Positions 17,771-26,780 of a DNA stretch of 38,862 nucleotides are shown here, piece by piece. This stretch comes from a virus (taxonomy: Duplodnaviria; Caudoviricetes): positions 1 to 38,862 of IMG/VR virus record IMGVR_UViG_3300031965_000085, one strand, 5' to 3'. A program made the translations under genes and the position numbers. The notes under the pieces were generated by a model. It did not search any database, was not told where the DNA came from, and saw only the letters and a list, made by a program, of their open reading frames with translations. Position 1 is the stretch's first letter. The number at the start of each line of letters is the position of its first letter.

Positions 17771-19215
17771 TGGCCGCGCTACCGGTCACCTGGTACGGGA
17801 CCGTCCTCGCTGACATCGAGTCCGGCGCTCTCAACCTCGAAACGGTCGGCCTCGAAGCGATCCTTCTCGGGTCCGGCTACACGCCGTCGTCGGCGCACAC
17901 CACCACCGCGCACCTCTCCGACGAGCTGGTCGACGCCAGCTACGCCCGCGACGCCATCACCAGCCCGACGGTCAGCATCGTCCGCCAGGTCGACATGGCC
18001 ACCATCATCTTCGGCGCTGATGACTCGTCGTGGGCGGCGCTCGACCCGGCGGCCCGATGGGTGGTGCTGGCCACCACCGCAGGGCGGCTGATCTGCTGGG
18101 GCGACCCCGGCCAGGTCCTCAACGCCAACGGCGGCCTGGCTACCGTGCACTGGCAGATCCAGGTCGAGGCGTGGCTGCCGGCCACGGCGTCGGACGCGCT
18201 GGGCCTGTTCGCTGACACCAGCAGCGGGGCGTGGACGACAGCGACGACGTGGCTGGGGCGGGTCCCGAAGTGGCGTCGCCAGTGGGCGCGCAGCGCCGCG
18301 CAGGTCGTGAACGACGCGACGTGGACGCCGACGCTCGACGGGTTCCGCTCGATCGTCGACACCGCCACGTTCCCCGGGAACCTCGCCGCGTCCAGCGTCA
18401 GCCACTCGCTGCCGCTGCCGTTGCTGCGCTCCGGGCAGGTCCTCGGCGACAACGTCGCCGGCGCGAACGACTCCTACTGGCGGGGCCTCGCTGACATCGT
18501 GTTCGAGTTCGGCCTCGATGTCCCGTTCGGTGATGGCCGCCCGAAGGGGATCGGCTGCGCCGGCTGGGAAGCCAACAGCAGCAACGTCAACTACATCTGG
18601 AAGTACGCCAGCAGCGCGACCGACCTCACGCTCCCGGACCGGTTCGCCGCTGACTACGACGCCGGCATCAGCGTGTTCAAGGCCCGCATGTTGGAGATCG
18701 GCGGCGACCCCGACGGCTTCCACTGGGCGTACGGCGTCCTGATCCGCCCCGGCGCGAGCAACTACGGCTACGAGGACCACATCATCCGGGGCTGCCCGGA
18801 CCAGGTCGACTCGATCGAGGTCGACTGCTACGACAGCCACTTCCTCTACACGTCGGGCATGGACCAAGCGGCGCGCATCGCGAAGTTCAACGCCGCCGAC
18901 GGGGTCTGGTACCGCAAGCAGAACGACCGCCAGGGCCTCAACGTGTGCCGCCAGCTGGCCCGCGATCGTGGCATCCCGATGGGGTTCGGCGAGTGGGCCG
19001 TGCACCACAAGATCAGCGGGTCGAGCAACGAGGGCGGCGAGGACAACCCCGACTACATCACCGAGATGGTCGGCTACATGACCGCCCTCGCCGCCGAGGA
19101 TCTGCTCGGCCCGGCCTGCTACTTCGAGTCCAACGCCAACACCGACGAGGAGCACAAGCTCAACGGCGCCACGTTCGATGACGCCGAGGCCGAGTTCCTG
19201 AGCCTCCTCGCGTGA
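17770..19215 (+). CDS. Minor tail protein with C-terminal GH26-like (clan GH-A) glycoside hydrolase domain
   Basis: N-terminal ~135-aa tail-attachment-like domain; then GWEAN (acid/base), VDSIEVDCYD, GIPMGFGEWA (nucleophile), DNPDYI. Confidence 0.7.
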   Translation: MAALPVTWYGTVLADIESGALNLETVGLEAILLGSGYTPSSAHTTTAHLSDELVDASYARDAITSPTVSIVRQVDMATIIFGADDSSWAALDPAARWVVLATTAGRLICWGDPGQVLNANGGLATVHWQIQVEAWLPATASDALGLFADTSSGAWTTATTWLGRVPKWRRQWARSAAQVVNDATWTPTLDGFRSIVDTATFPGNLAASSVSHSLPLPLLRSGQVLGDNVAGANDSYWRGLADIVFEFGLDVPFGDGRPKGIGCAGWEANSSNVNYIWKYASSATDLTLPDRFAADYDAGISVFKARMLEIGGDPDGFHWAYGVLIRPGASNYGYEDHIIRGCPDQVDSIEVDCYDSHFLYTSGMDQAARIAKFNAADGVWYRKQNDRQGLNVCRQLARDRGIPMGFGEWAVHHKISGSSNEGGEDNPDYITEMVGYMTALAAEDLLGPACYFESNANTDEEHKLNGATFDDAEAEFLSLLA

Positions 19216-21083
19216 CCGTCACCGCCGCCTCGGGGCTCACCGGCGGGTCGACCAGCGCGGGTTCGTCGTACGCGACGGCGTCCCGCACGCCGGGCTCGGG
19301 TCTGCTGCAGCTCATCGCGGTCGGCAACGACGTCGCGTCGGGCACTGCGGGCACCCCGACCGTGGTGGGCTGCAACCTCACCTGGACGCAGGTCCGCACG
19401 CAGCTGTCGCCGAACAGCCGGTGGCGGACCACGGTGTTCAGAGCCAAAGGCGTCGCGCCGACGTCGGGCGCGCTGACCATCAGCTTCGGCGGAGCGACGC
19501 AGCGCTCGTGCCGGTGGGTGCTCACCGAGCACGACGGCATGGTGTCCTTGGCGTCGGAAGCGATGGTGCAGTCGGTCGGGTCGTCGGGCACGGACGACAC
19601 CGCGGAAGCGACCCTCGCGGCGTTCGACAACGCCGCCAACGCCACGTACTTCGCGGCGCACTCGCAGAACACCGGGACGGGCAGCACGGAGGGCGCCCCG
19701 CTCGCCCTGGTCACGCAGACGTCGAACACGTGGGGTCGGCTCCGGGTCGGGTTCTACGACGGTCCCGACACCACGCCCGATGTGACGTTCGCCGGGGCGG
19801 GCGAATGGGCCGCGATCGCGATCGAGGTCAAGGCTCTCGATCAGGACCCCACCGGCGATCCGCCGTCACCGTGGGAGCTGACGTTCAATGTCACCGGCAC
19901 CACCGTCGACGAGCCCCCGCTGCCCGACCCGGTCACGCCGTCCGCGGACACTCAATCCGGCCTCGTCGTCAAGATCCGCGACGGTGATCTCGTCCCCGCC
20001 GGCGAAGCATCCGACCTCCTCGCGTTCGAGTACGTCGACTGGGCGCAGGCCGTCGGCGCGTGGGCGCTGACCCTGCCGGCGACGTCGGGGAACGCCACGC
20101 TCCTGCTCGACGACGGCGCTGGGATCATCGTGCTGCGCGACGGCGTGCCGATCTTCTCGGGCCCGGTGCACCGCAAGACGCAGCGCCTGTCGAACGGTGT
20201 CACGACGCTGCAGGTGTCGGGCCCGTCGGACCTCGCGGCGCTGCTCCTCGCGTGGCCCGAACCCACGACGGAAGGCCCGCCGTTCGTGACCGACGCGTAC
20301 GACGTGCGCACTGGGCCCGCCGAGACCCTCATGTACGCCTACGTGAGCGCCAACGTGGGGCCCGACTCCATCGTGAGCCGCCAGAACCCGCTGGTGGAGC
20401 TGGCCGTCGACCAGGCGCGGGGCGCGTCGATCACGTACTCGGCGCGCTGGAAGAACCCGGTCGAGGTCCTCGCTGACCTGTCGGCCGCGTCGGGTCTGGA
20501 CTTCGGTTTCTCGGTGCTGCAGATCGAGCGGAAGTTGGTGTTCACGGTCCGCCAGCCCGCCGACCGTTCCGGCGTCGCGAAGTTCAGCGCGGAGCTCGGC
20601 AACCTCCGCGGCTACGTCTATGACGAGGTCGCGCCGGAGGCGACCGTGGTGATCGTGGCCGGCCAGGGCGAGGGGACCGCCCGCACGGTCGTCGTGGCGG
20701 AGGACAGCGCGGGGATCGACCGGTGGGGCCGCAGCGAGAAGTTCGTGGACCGCCGGGACGTGCCGACGGAGGCCGAGCTCGACGTGGCCGCGAGCGCCGC
20801 GCTGGCGGAGGCGGGCCAACGGACCAGCTTGACCATCGAACCGATCGACACGGAACGCCTGCGCTACGGCCGGGAGTATCTGCTGGGCGACAAGGTCGCG
20901 GTCGTCGTCGGTGACGCCGAGATCGTGCAGGTGGTCCGCGGGGTGCGGGTGCAGCTCGGCCCTCAGGGCGAGGTCGTCACGCCGCTCGTCGGGTCGGACC
21001 CGATCCCCCTGGACCCGACCGTGGCCATCTACCGCCGGCTGGACCGCCAGCAGGCGCAACTCGATCGACTCAACAGGAGATAG
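19212..21083 (+). CDS. Baseplate hub / Gp37-like (ReqiPepy6-type) tail protein with extra N-terminal domain
   Basis: VGAWALTLP, IFSGPV, VIVAGQGEGTAR, RWGRSEKFVDRRD, RYGREYLLGDKV. Confidence 0.8.
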   Translation: MTVTAASGLTGGSTSAGSSYATASRTPGSGLLQLIAVGNDVASGTAGTPTVVGCNLTWTQVRTQLSPNSRWRTTVFRAKGVAPTSGALTISFGGATQRSCRWVLTEHDGMVSLASEAMVQSVGSSGTDDTAEATLAAFDNAANATYFAAHSQNTGTGSTEGAPLALVTQTSNTWGRLRVGFYDGPDTTPDVTFAGAGEWAAIAIEVKALDQDPTGDPPSPWELTFNVTGTTVDEPPLPDPVTPSADTQSGLVVKIRDGDLVPAGEASDLLAFEYVDWAQAVGAWALTLPATSGNATLLLDDGAGIIVLRDGVPIFSGPVHRKTQRLSNGVTTLQVSGPSDLAALLLAWPEPTTEGPPFVTDAYDVRTGPAETLMYAYVSANVGPDSIVSRQNPLVELAVDQARGASITYSARWKNPVEVLADLSAASGLDFGFSVLQIERKLVFTVRQPADRSGVAKFSAELGNLRGYVYDEVAPEATVVIVAGQGEGTARTVVVAEDSAGIDRWGRSEKFVDRRDVPTEAELDVAASAALAEAGQRTSLTIEPIDTERLRYGREYLLGDKVAVVVGDAEIVQVVRGVRVQLGPQGEVVTPLVGSDPIPLDPTVAIYRRLDRQQAQLDRLNRR

Positions 21084-21086
21084 CCG

Positions 21087-22013
21087 ATGGCCACCACCCT
21101 GACTGACAGCTTCCCGTTCGGTGGCGGCTCCGAGGTCGCGACGGACGACGACTGGCGTCACCTCATCCCCTATCTCGGCTGCCGGTCCGGGGTCGGTGTG
21201 TACGGCGAGGAGGTCGCCGACGAGTTCGAGGTGTTCGCCGACTCGACGGGCGCGCAGGTGAAGGTGAAGGCCGGCGAGTGCTGGATCCGCGGCAGCTACG
21301 GGTACCACTCGTCGGAGGTCACGGTGACGTTGGGCGGCACCGCGCCGGCGTCGGGCGAGTCCCGCATCGACGTGATCGTTCTGCGTCTCGACCTGACGAA
21401 CAAGCGCATCGAGATCGACAAGCTGAACGGCACCCCGGACACCTCGGGCAGCGAGACGGCCCCGGCGCTCACGTCGTCCGCGACCATCGAGGAGATCCCG
21501 CTCGCTCACGTCCAGGTCGACTACCCGGGGACCACGATCGCGGCGGGTGACGTGACCGACGCCCGGATCTACAGCCGGACGCGCAACGGGTGGCAGCCGG
21601 GCGATGTGAGGTGGTGGCCTGCGAACCAGTCGTTCCCGCAGGGCTGGGGGTTCGCTGACGGCGTGTCGGTGAGCCGGGTCACGTTCAGCGAGCTGGCCGA
21701 CGTCGTCGACAACGGCGGGACGGGCGATTTCGCGAAGCCCGACTACCGGGGCGAGGTGCTGGCCGGGCTGGACAACATGGGTACTGGCGCGGCGAGCCGC
21801 CTCACCAGCATGGCCAGCGTGACCGCTCACTACGGCGCGCAGACCCATGAGATCACCTTGGCCGAGCTGCCGGACGCGGCGGCGGCGTCGCTCGACGCGG
21901 GCGCTGTGCCCGGCTACCACCTGCTGCTCACGGCGGAAGTGGCCGGCGACCCGGTCAGCCTCGTCCAGCCGACCCACATGGGCTACTGGCTGGTAGCGAT
22001 GCGGCCGGTGTGA
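21087..22013 (+). CDS. Minor tail protein / short fibre with collar-like domain
   Basis: VKVKAGECWIRG, RIDVIVLR, EIPLAHV N-domain; PGDVRWW...PQGWGFADG..VSRVTFSEL...PDYRG collar motif. Confidence 0.78.
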   Translation: MATTLTDSFPFGGGSEVATDDDWRHLIPYLGCRSGVGVYGEEVADEFEVFADSTGAQVKVKAGECWIRGSYGYHSSEVTVTLGGTAPASGESRIDVIVLRLDLTNKRIEIDKLNGTPDTSGSETAPALTSSATIEEIPLAHVQVDYPGTTIAAGDVTDARIYSRTRNGWQPGDVRWWPANQSFPQGWGFADGVSVSRVTFSELADVVDNGGTGDFAKPDYRGEVLAGLDNMGTGAASRLTSMASVTAHYGAQTHEITLAELPDAAAASLDAGAVPGYHLLLTAEVAGDPVSLVQPTHMGYWLVAMRPV

Positions 22014-22993
22014 TGGATCTCGCCGCCGCGGTCCCCGGTGTCGACCTGAGCCACTGGGACGACGCTCGGGGCGCGCGGCCCGTCGACTACGACCGGATGG
22101 CCGGCGCGGTGCGGTGGGCGATCCTGCGCGTCGGGGACGGTGGCGCCCGGGACCGGTCCTTCGACCGCCACGCCGACGGCCTCGACGGGCGGGTGCCGCT
22201 CGGCACGTACCTGTTCTGCCGTCCCGGGCGGGACCCGGTGGTGCAGGCCGAGGCGTGGGCGGGCGCGGTGCAGCGGGCCGAAGCGAGGGGCGTCCAGTTC
22301 GAGCTGGGTCACTGGGCGGACCTCGAGGCCAGCGACGGCCTGGGCCGGGTCGAGGTGGCCCGCTGGATCGGGTCGTTCCTCGGCGCCGCCGACGCTGCGC
22401 TCGGGCGGCCGGTGTCGATCTACACGAGCGCTTCGTGGTGGGCCGTCAACGTCGATGCGGACCTCGCGATCAACGGCGAGCGCCTCTGGTGGGTGGCCCG
22501 CTACCCGTTCGGCACCGACGTGCCCGCCTTGCCGTCCTCGTGGCCGCTGTGGGTCGCTGAGCACGCGACGCCCGCCAGGATGCCCCGAGCCCCGTTCGGC
22601 GCCCCTGTGGCCGTCTGGCAGTGGTCGTCGCAGGGCCACGGGGCGTCCGTCGGGACGTTCCGGGAGGCGGCGCTCGACTGCAACCTGATGGACGCCGTGG
22701 TGTTCGCCGCGCTCACCGCCCTGGACGACGCCTCGGTGCCACCCGCGCCCGCGCCGGTGCCCTCACCCCCATCCCAGGAGGACGACATGGCCCGCATCGT
22801 GCGCCGCAAGGCCGACCCTGGCGGCGAGCAGGACCCCCGGCTCTACAAGACGAACCTCGTGTGGAAGGAGCGGATCCAGGACGGCGAATGGGACCAGGCG
22901 TGCGACGACCTCGGCCTGCCCCGCGGCACGTTCGAGGATCTCGACGCCGGCCGCGTCAACCGCATGGCCACGATCGGCATCGACCCAACCTGA
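22010..22993 (+). CDS. Endolysin, GH25 muramidase
   Basis: GVDLSHW, GTYLF, WADLE (DxE), IYTSASWW, LWWVARY, WQWSSQG, LDCN; Pro-rich linker and short C-terminal domain. Confidence 0.9.
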   Translation: MMDLAAAVPGVDLSHWDDARGARPVDYDRMAGAVRWAILRVGDGGARDRSFDRHADGLDGRVPLGTYLFCRPGRDPVVQAEAWAGAVQRAEARGVQFELGHWADLEASDGLGRVEVARWIGSFLGAADAALGRPVSIYTSASWWAVNVDADLAINGERLWWVARYPFGTDVPALPSSWPLWVAEHATPARMPRAPFGAPVAVWQWSSQGHGASVGTFREAALDCNLMDAVVFAALTALDDASVPPAPAPVPSPPSQEDDMARIVRRKADPGGEQDPRLYKTNLVWKERIQDGEWDQACDDLGLPRGTFEDLDAGRVNRMATIGIDPT

Positions 22994-23523
22994 TGCCCAC
23001 CGTCGTCTACTGGGTCGGTGGCCTCGCCGCGCTCATCACCGCTCTCGGGGTCCTCTGGACGAAGGCGGTGCGGCCCGCGGCTCGCCTCATCGCAGCATCC
23101 GAGGAGCTGATCCCGCTCCTGCGAGAGCTGACGGTCGCGTTCCGCGACACGCCGCACGTGTTCGCCATCCTCGACGAGATCGTGAGCCAGGTCCGCAACG
23201 ACTCCGGCTCGACGCTGAAAGACATCGTGGAGGCGTTGGAGCGCACCGGGGCTGTGAACGAGGAAGCGGTCGGGAAGCTCACCGACAACCTCGCCGCGTT
23301 GAACGTCGCGGTCGAGGTCGTGAAGGCGCTCCTCGCGGCGCTCGACGCTCGGGTGGTGTCAGGAGCGATCCGTGCTCAGGCGTCGAGCGACAAAGCGCAG
23401 GAAGACCGGGTTGTCATCGCCGCGGACCTCGCCGCCGCTCACGAACGGGCCGACGCGGTGCCCGCCAGCGGGGACAGCGGCGGGGCCGCCGACGCCGCCA
23501 TGAGGACCGAGCCACCAGCATGA
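22993..23523 (+). CDS. Lysis-cassette membrane protein (1 TM plus coiled coil)
   Basis: N-terminal hydrophobic helix; V.NDSGSTLKD motif common in actinophage post-lysin genes. Confidence 0.7.
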   Translation: MPTVVYWVGGLAALITALGVLWTKAVRPAARLIAASEELIPLLRELTVAFRDTPHVFAILDEIVSQVRNDSGSTLKDIVEALERTGAVNEEAVGKLTDNLAALNVAVEVVKALLAALDARVVSGAIRAQASSDKAQEDRVVIAADLAAAHERADAVPASGDSGGAADAAMRTEPPA

Positions 23524-23918
23524 TCCGGTCGTGGCGTCAGGCGGTCAGGACCCGCGGCCTGGGTCCGTTGGCTGTGTCCGCGGCGCTCGCTCTCGGCGTG
23601 TCGAACCTGCTCTTCGCGTGGAACGCCGTGACGACCGCCAGGACGCAGCAGGCGTCCCTGAACCGGCTGTCCGACGGGATCGACTGCCGCGCCAGGGTCG
23701 ACGCTGACGTAGCGATCGTCGACTACCGGGCGTCGATCGAGGACCACCAGACGGAGATCTCGTACTACCGGGCGCTCATCGCGCAACGCGCCGGGGAGAG
23801 CGTCACCGACACCGAGGTGCTGGCGTTCGTCGCGAGTGTCGACGGGTACGCAGCCGCGGTCGAGGCGTTGCGGTTGGCGCTCGACGTGCGACTGGAGACG
23901 ATCGGTGCCTGCCTGTGA
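23520..23918 (+). CDS. Lysis-cassette membrane protein
   Basis: N-terminal TM, helical body, two Cys; ATGA overlap. Confidence 0.65.
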   Translation: MIRSWRQAVRTRGLGPLAVSAALALGVSNLLFAWNAVTTARTQQASLNRLSDGIDCRARVDADVAIVDYRASIEDHQTEISYYRALIAQRAGESVTDTEVLAFVASVDGYAAAVEALRLALDVRLETIGACL

Positions 23919-24241
23919 TCGGCGCCGGGGACGCTCCCAGCGGCCTCGCGATCGCGGCGACCATCTCCGGGGTGATGGGGTTCCTCGGCGCGATCGTCGC
24001 GGGGGTCGTGGCGTGGCACACCAGCCGCGTCACTGCGTTGCCCGCGGAGGTGACCGCGATCTACGGCGGCATGAGCGGCCTCATCACCCACCAACAGGAC
24101 GTGATCGTGGACCTGGAACGTCGCCTCGCCGCCGTCGAAGCGGATCACGGCGAGTGCCGCGAGAAGAACCGGGCCATGGCCCGCCAAGTGGCGCGCCTGC
24201 AAGCCCAGGTCGACGGACAACCCCCACCCGACGACACCTAG
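23915..24241 (+). CDS. Lysis-cassette membrane protein (TM plus coiled coil)
   Basis: Hydrophobic helix followed by heptad repeats. Confidence 0.65.
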   Translation: MIGAGDAPSGLAIAATISGVMGFLGAIVAGVVAWHTSRVTALPAEVTAIYGGMSGLITHQQDVIVDLERRLAAVEADHGECREKNRAMARQVARLQAQVDGQPPPDDT

Positions 24242-24251
24242 GAGTACCCCC

Positions 24252-24503
24252 ATGCCCGACCCGGAATACCCTCTGGATCCCGACGAGACGTTGCCGAAGG
24301 CGGAACCCGCGGCGGTCGTCGCGGCGCTCAACGTCGCGACCGGCTCGACGGTGGTCGTGCTCGCGCTCCTGTTCGACTGGTCGGGTGACGTGACCGCCGC
24401 GCTGACCGCGGCGTTCACCGCTTGGGTCGGCGTCGGGGGTCTCATCCTCCGCTCGAAGGTGACCCCGAACGGTCGGGTCATCGTGCGTCGAGGGGACACC
24501 TGA
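24252..24503 (+). CDS. Probable holin (2 TM, basic C-terminus)
   Basis: AGGAG RBS; EPA... two hydrophobic helices ...RSKVTP pattern of actinophage holins. Confidence 0.7.
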   Translation: MPDPEYPLDPDETLPKAEPAAVVAALNVATGSTVVVLALLFDWSGDVTAALTAAFTAWVGVGGLILRSKVTPNGRVIVRRGDT

Positions 24504-24628
24504 TGCTCGCGCTGCTGGCCAACATCTCCGACGACGACGGCTTCAACCTGGAAGGAGGGTCGTTGCTGTACCTCCTGGTCGTCATCCTCGTGATCGTCGC
24601 GATCATCTACTTCGTGCGCCGGTCCTGA
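24503..24628 (+). CDS. Small single-TM protein (41 aa)
   Basis: TGATG overlap; LLYLLVVILVIVAIIYFVRRS. Confidence 0.65.
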   Translation: MLALLANISDDDGFNLEGGSLLYLLVVILVIVAIIYFVRRS

Positions 24629-24670
24629 CCCCCCGCCCGGTCTGAGCCTCCGGCTCACAGCTGGGCGTCG

Positions 24671-24713
24671 AGCCCCCGCCCTCCCCCGTCCCCCGGAGTC
24701 GAGGGCGGGGGCT
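24671..24713. terminator. Hairpin between convergent transcription units
   Basis: AGCCCCCGCCCTC (24671-24683) pairs perfectly with GAGGGCGGGGGCT (24701-24713); followed by TCCTT on +. Confidence 0.75.
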
Positions 24714-24730
24714 TCCTTCGCGTCCCGGGG

Positions 24731-25432
24731 TCAGCAGGCGGCGTCCCAGTCAGCTCGCGTCGCTCGTCGCTCGGCCAGTTGCGCCATGAAGTCAGCGGTG
24801 CAGGAGTGACCACGCCCGTCGATCGTGAGGTGCAACCCCGGGTGGAAGAGCGGGGTCGCGGCGAGCGTCGCTGCCTCCCACAGCACGGCCAGATCGCCCG
24901 TGAGGTCCCACGCCAGGTCATCCTGGTAGGAGGCCGTCGAGTAGCCGGAGGTGATGTCGATGACGTAAGCCGGGATGGCCGGGTCAAGCTCCAGCCGGTC
25001 GACCCGCTCCACCGTGATGGGGTAGCTGTCCTCGATCGCCTTCACCAGGCCGAGACGTTGCGTCTCGAACAGCGCCACCACACGCGCCTGTTGCATCTCG
25101 GCGGTGAACACGGTCGTAGTGGTTGTCGGTGGGATCGTCGTTGTCGTGGGCGCGACCGTTGTGGTGGTGGTCGACGTCGAGGTGGTGGCGGCCGTCGTGG
25201 CCACGGTCGCTGCTGTCGTCGTCGGGGGCGCGGTCGATGTGGTGCCGGCCACCACCGCTCCGTCGTCGTCCGACGGGCTCACGATCGCCGCGATCACGAT
25301 GATCGCCAGCACGGCGCCGCTGATGGTCCATCGCTTCTTCTTCCACCAGGGCCGGTGTCGTCGCCTCGGCTCGGGTGGCTGGGACGCCGGCACGAACGGC
25401 CGGGGTGGAGGCGGGGGTGGGTAGTCGCTCAC
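24731..25432 (-). CDS. Membrane-anchored protein with Thr-rich stalk and C-terminal extracellular domain
   Basis: PWWKKKRW then TM helix, long Thr-rich linker, globular C-domain with two Cys; GAAGG RBS. Confidence 0.8.
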   Translation of the reverse strand: MSDYPPPPPPRPFVPASQPPEPRRRHRPWWKKKRWTISGAVLAIIVIAAIVSPSDDDGAVVAGTTSTAPPTTTAATVATTAATTSTSTTTTTVAPTTTTIPPTTTTTVFTAEMQQARVVALFETQRLGLVKAIEDSYPITVERVDRLELDPAIPAYVIDITSGYSTASYQDDLAWDLTGDLAVLWEAATLAATPLFHPGLHLTIDGRGHSCTADFMAQLAERRATRADWDAAC

Positions 25433-25509
25433 TCGTCAGCACCTTCCGCCCGAAGTTGGGCAGAGAGTAGACCCTCAGCCTGCCGGCGGGGGCAGTTACC
25501 CTTCGCTCC

Positions 25510-25869
25510 ATGGCGGGAACCTGCTGGGAGTACACCTACGTGCAGTCGGGCCAGCTCGATGCGACCACCCTCCGGGCAGGGCTCAACGCGCTCGGGTCGC
25601 TCGGGTGGGAGTGCATCGCCATCACCAACACCGACCGCATGATTGGACTCAACGGCCTGGTAGCCGTGATGCGCCGGGAGGCCACGCCCTTGCCCGCTCC
25701 CGCTGACACCGCTCCCGCCTGGCACGCCGACCCGCTCGGGCGCGCCGACCACCGCTACTGGGACGGCATCCGGTGGACCGAGCAGGTCAACCGGGGCGGC
25801 CAGGTATGCGAGGACTACCCGACCCGGCAGCCGGTCGCCGTCAGCTTCCTCGAACCCCACACGTCGTAG
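25510..25869 (+). CDS. DUF4177-like plus DUF2510-like protein
   Basis: WEY...LNALGSLGWE (DUF4177-like); PAWHADP....HRYWDGIRWT (DUF2510-like); TACCCT 7 nt before ATG. Confidence 0.75.
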   Translation: MAGTCWEYTYVQSGQLDATTLRAGLNALGSLGWECIAITNTDRMIGLNGLVAVMRREATPLPAPADTAPAWHADPLGRADHRYWDGIRWTEQVNRGGQVCEDYPTRQPVAVSFLEPHTS

Positions 25870-25895
25870 GCCCTCGGGCCAGTGGGTGCGGGCAC

Positions 25896-26720
25896 CTACG
25901 CCGCTGGATCGAGCCCGAACACCGCCTGAGCGACCGAGCTGGCGCCGAACTCGGCGTAGCTCTCGTACGTGGTCTGGATGCTCGTGTGGCCCATAAGGTG
26001 GGCGACGGCCTGCATGTCGCCGTTCATCGCTCGGGCCAGCTTCGACCCGAACCAGTGCCTGCCGGAGTGGCCGCGACGGGTGATGCCGAGCCCGCTGAGG
26101 TGGGTGGTCACGATCTGGCCCACCCGCTCGGGGGAGAGGTGCCCACCCTTGCCGTTGGGGAACAGCCACCCTGAGCGGGGCGCGCCGCCCAGCGCCCAGG
26201 TGATGGCGGGGTGGAGTGGCACGCGGCGCTCCTTGCCCCACTTCCCGCTGACGTGGACCATGGGCGGATCGAGGTCGTCCATGATGTCGGCCCGGTCGAG
26301 GCAGGCGACTTCCGCGCGACGGAGGCCCGCCAGCGCGTAGAGGAGAAGGACCAGGCGCAGCCGCTCGTCGGCGGTCCCGAGCGCGGTCACCAGCTCCTCG
26401 GTCCGGAACGGCTTGGGCTTCTTCATCGGCAGCCGGATCGGGTCGAGCAACACGGTCGGGTCGCGGTCGACAAGCTGCCGTCGGACGGCCCACTTGAAGA
26501 GCGCCTTGACGTCGCTCTGGTAGGCATGACGAGTGGAAGGGTTGGCGAACTTGCTCAGCCATTCGTCAATGTCATCGCCAGTGACCCCGAGCAGTTCCGA
26601 TGGAGCGATGAAGATGGCGAGCCGCCTCAAGGTACCCTCACGCCGCTTGATGGTGTTCTGAGAGAACGCCCGCTGGTTCTGGTAGGCCGTGAAGGCCTCG
26701 ATTGTTTCCCCCGTGTTCAT
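25896..26720 (-). CDS. int: Short tyrosine integrase/recombinase lacking an arm-binding domain
   Basis: GLRRAEV (R), GKWGKER (K), HSGRH (HxxR), LMGH, TTYESY (Y); about 274 aa; ends in PAA. Confidence 0.92.
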   Translation of the reverse strand: MNTGETIEAFTAYQNQRAFSQNTIKRREGTLRRLAIFIAPSELLGVTGDDIDEWLSKFANPSTRHAYQSDVKALFKWAVRRQLVDRDPTVLLDPIRLPMKKPKPFRTEELVTALGTADERLRLVLLLYALAGLRRAEVACLDRADIMDDLDPPMVHVSGKWGKERRVPLHPAITWALGGAPRSGWLFPNGKGGHLSPERVGQIVTTHLSGLGITRRGHSGRHWFGSKLARAMNGDMQAVAHLMGHTSIQTTYESYAEFGASSVAQAVFGLDPAA

Positions 26721-26780
26721 GCTTCGCATTGTTCGCTCATCGAATGACTACGGACAAGGGATAGAGGCTCTAGATGTCGT

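Noticed and set aside
19866-21977. Long antisense ORFs (also 2061-3398, 4748-6301, 7221-8813, 17779-19155, 29540-31306, 30762-32357)
   Set aside because: Shadows of well-supported + strand genes in high-GC DNA; Arg/Pro/His-rich with no motifs
25104-25424. Val-rich + strand ORF
   Set aside because: Antisense reflection of the Thr-rich stalk of the - strand membrane protein
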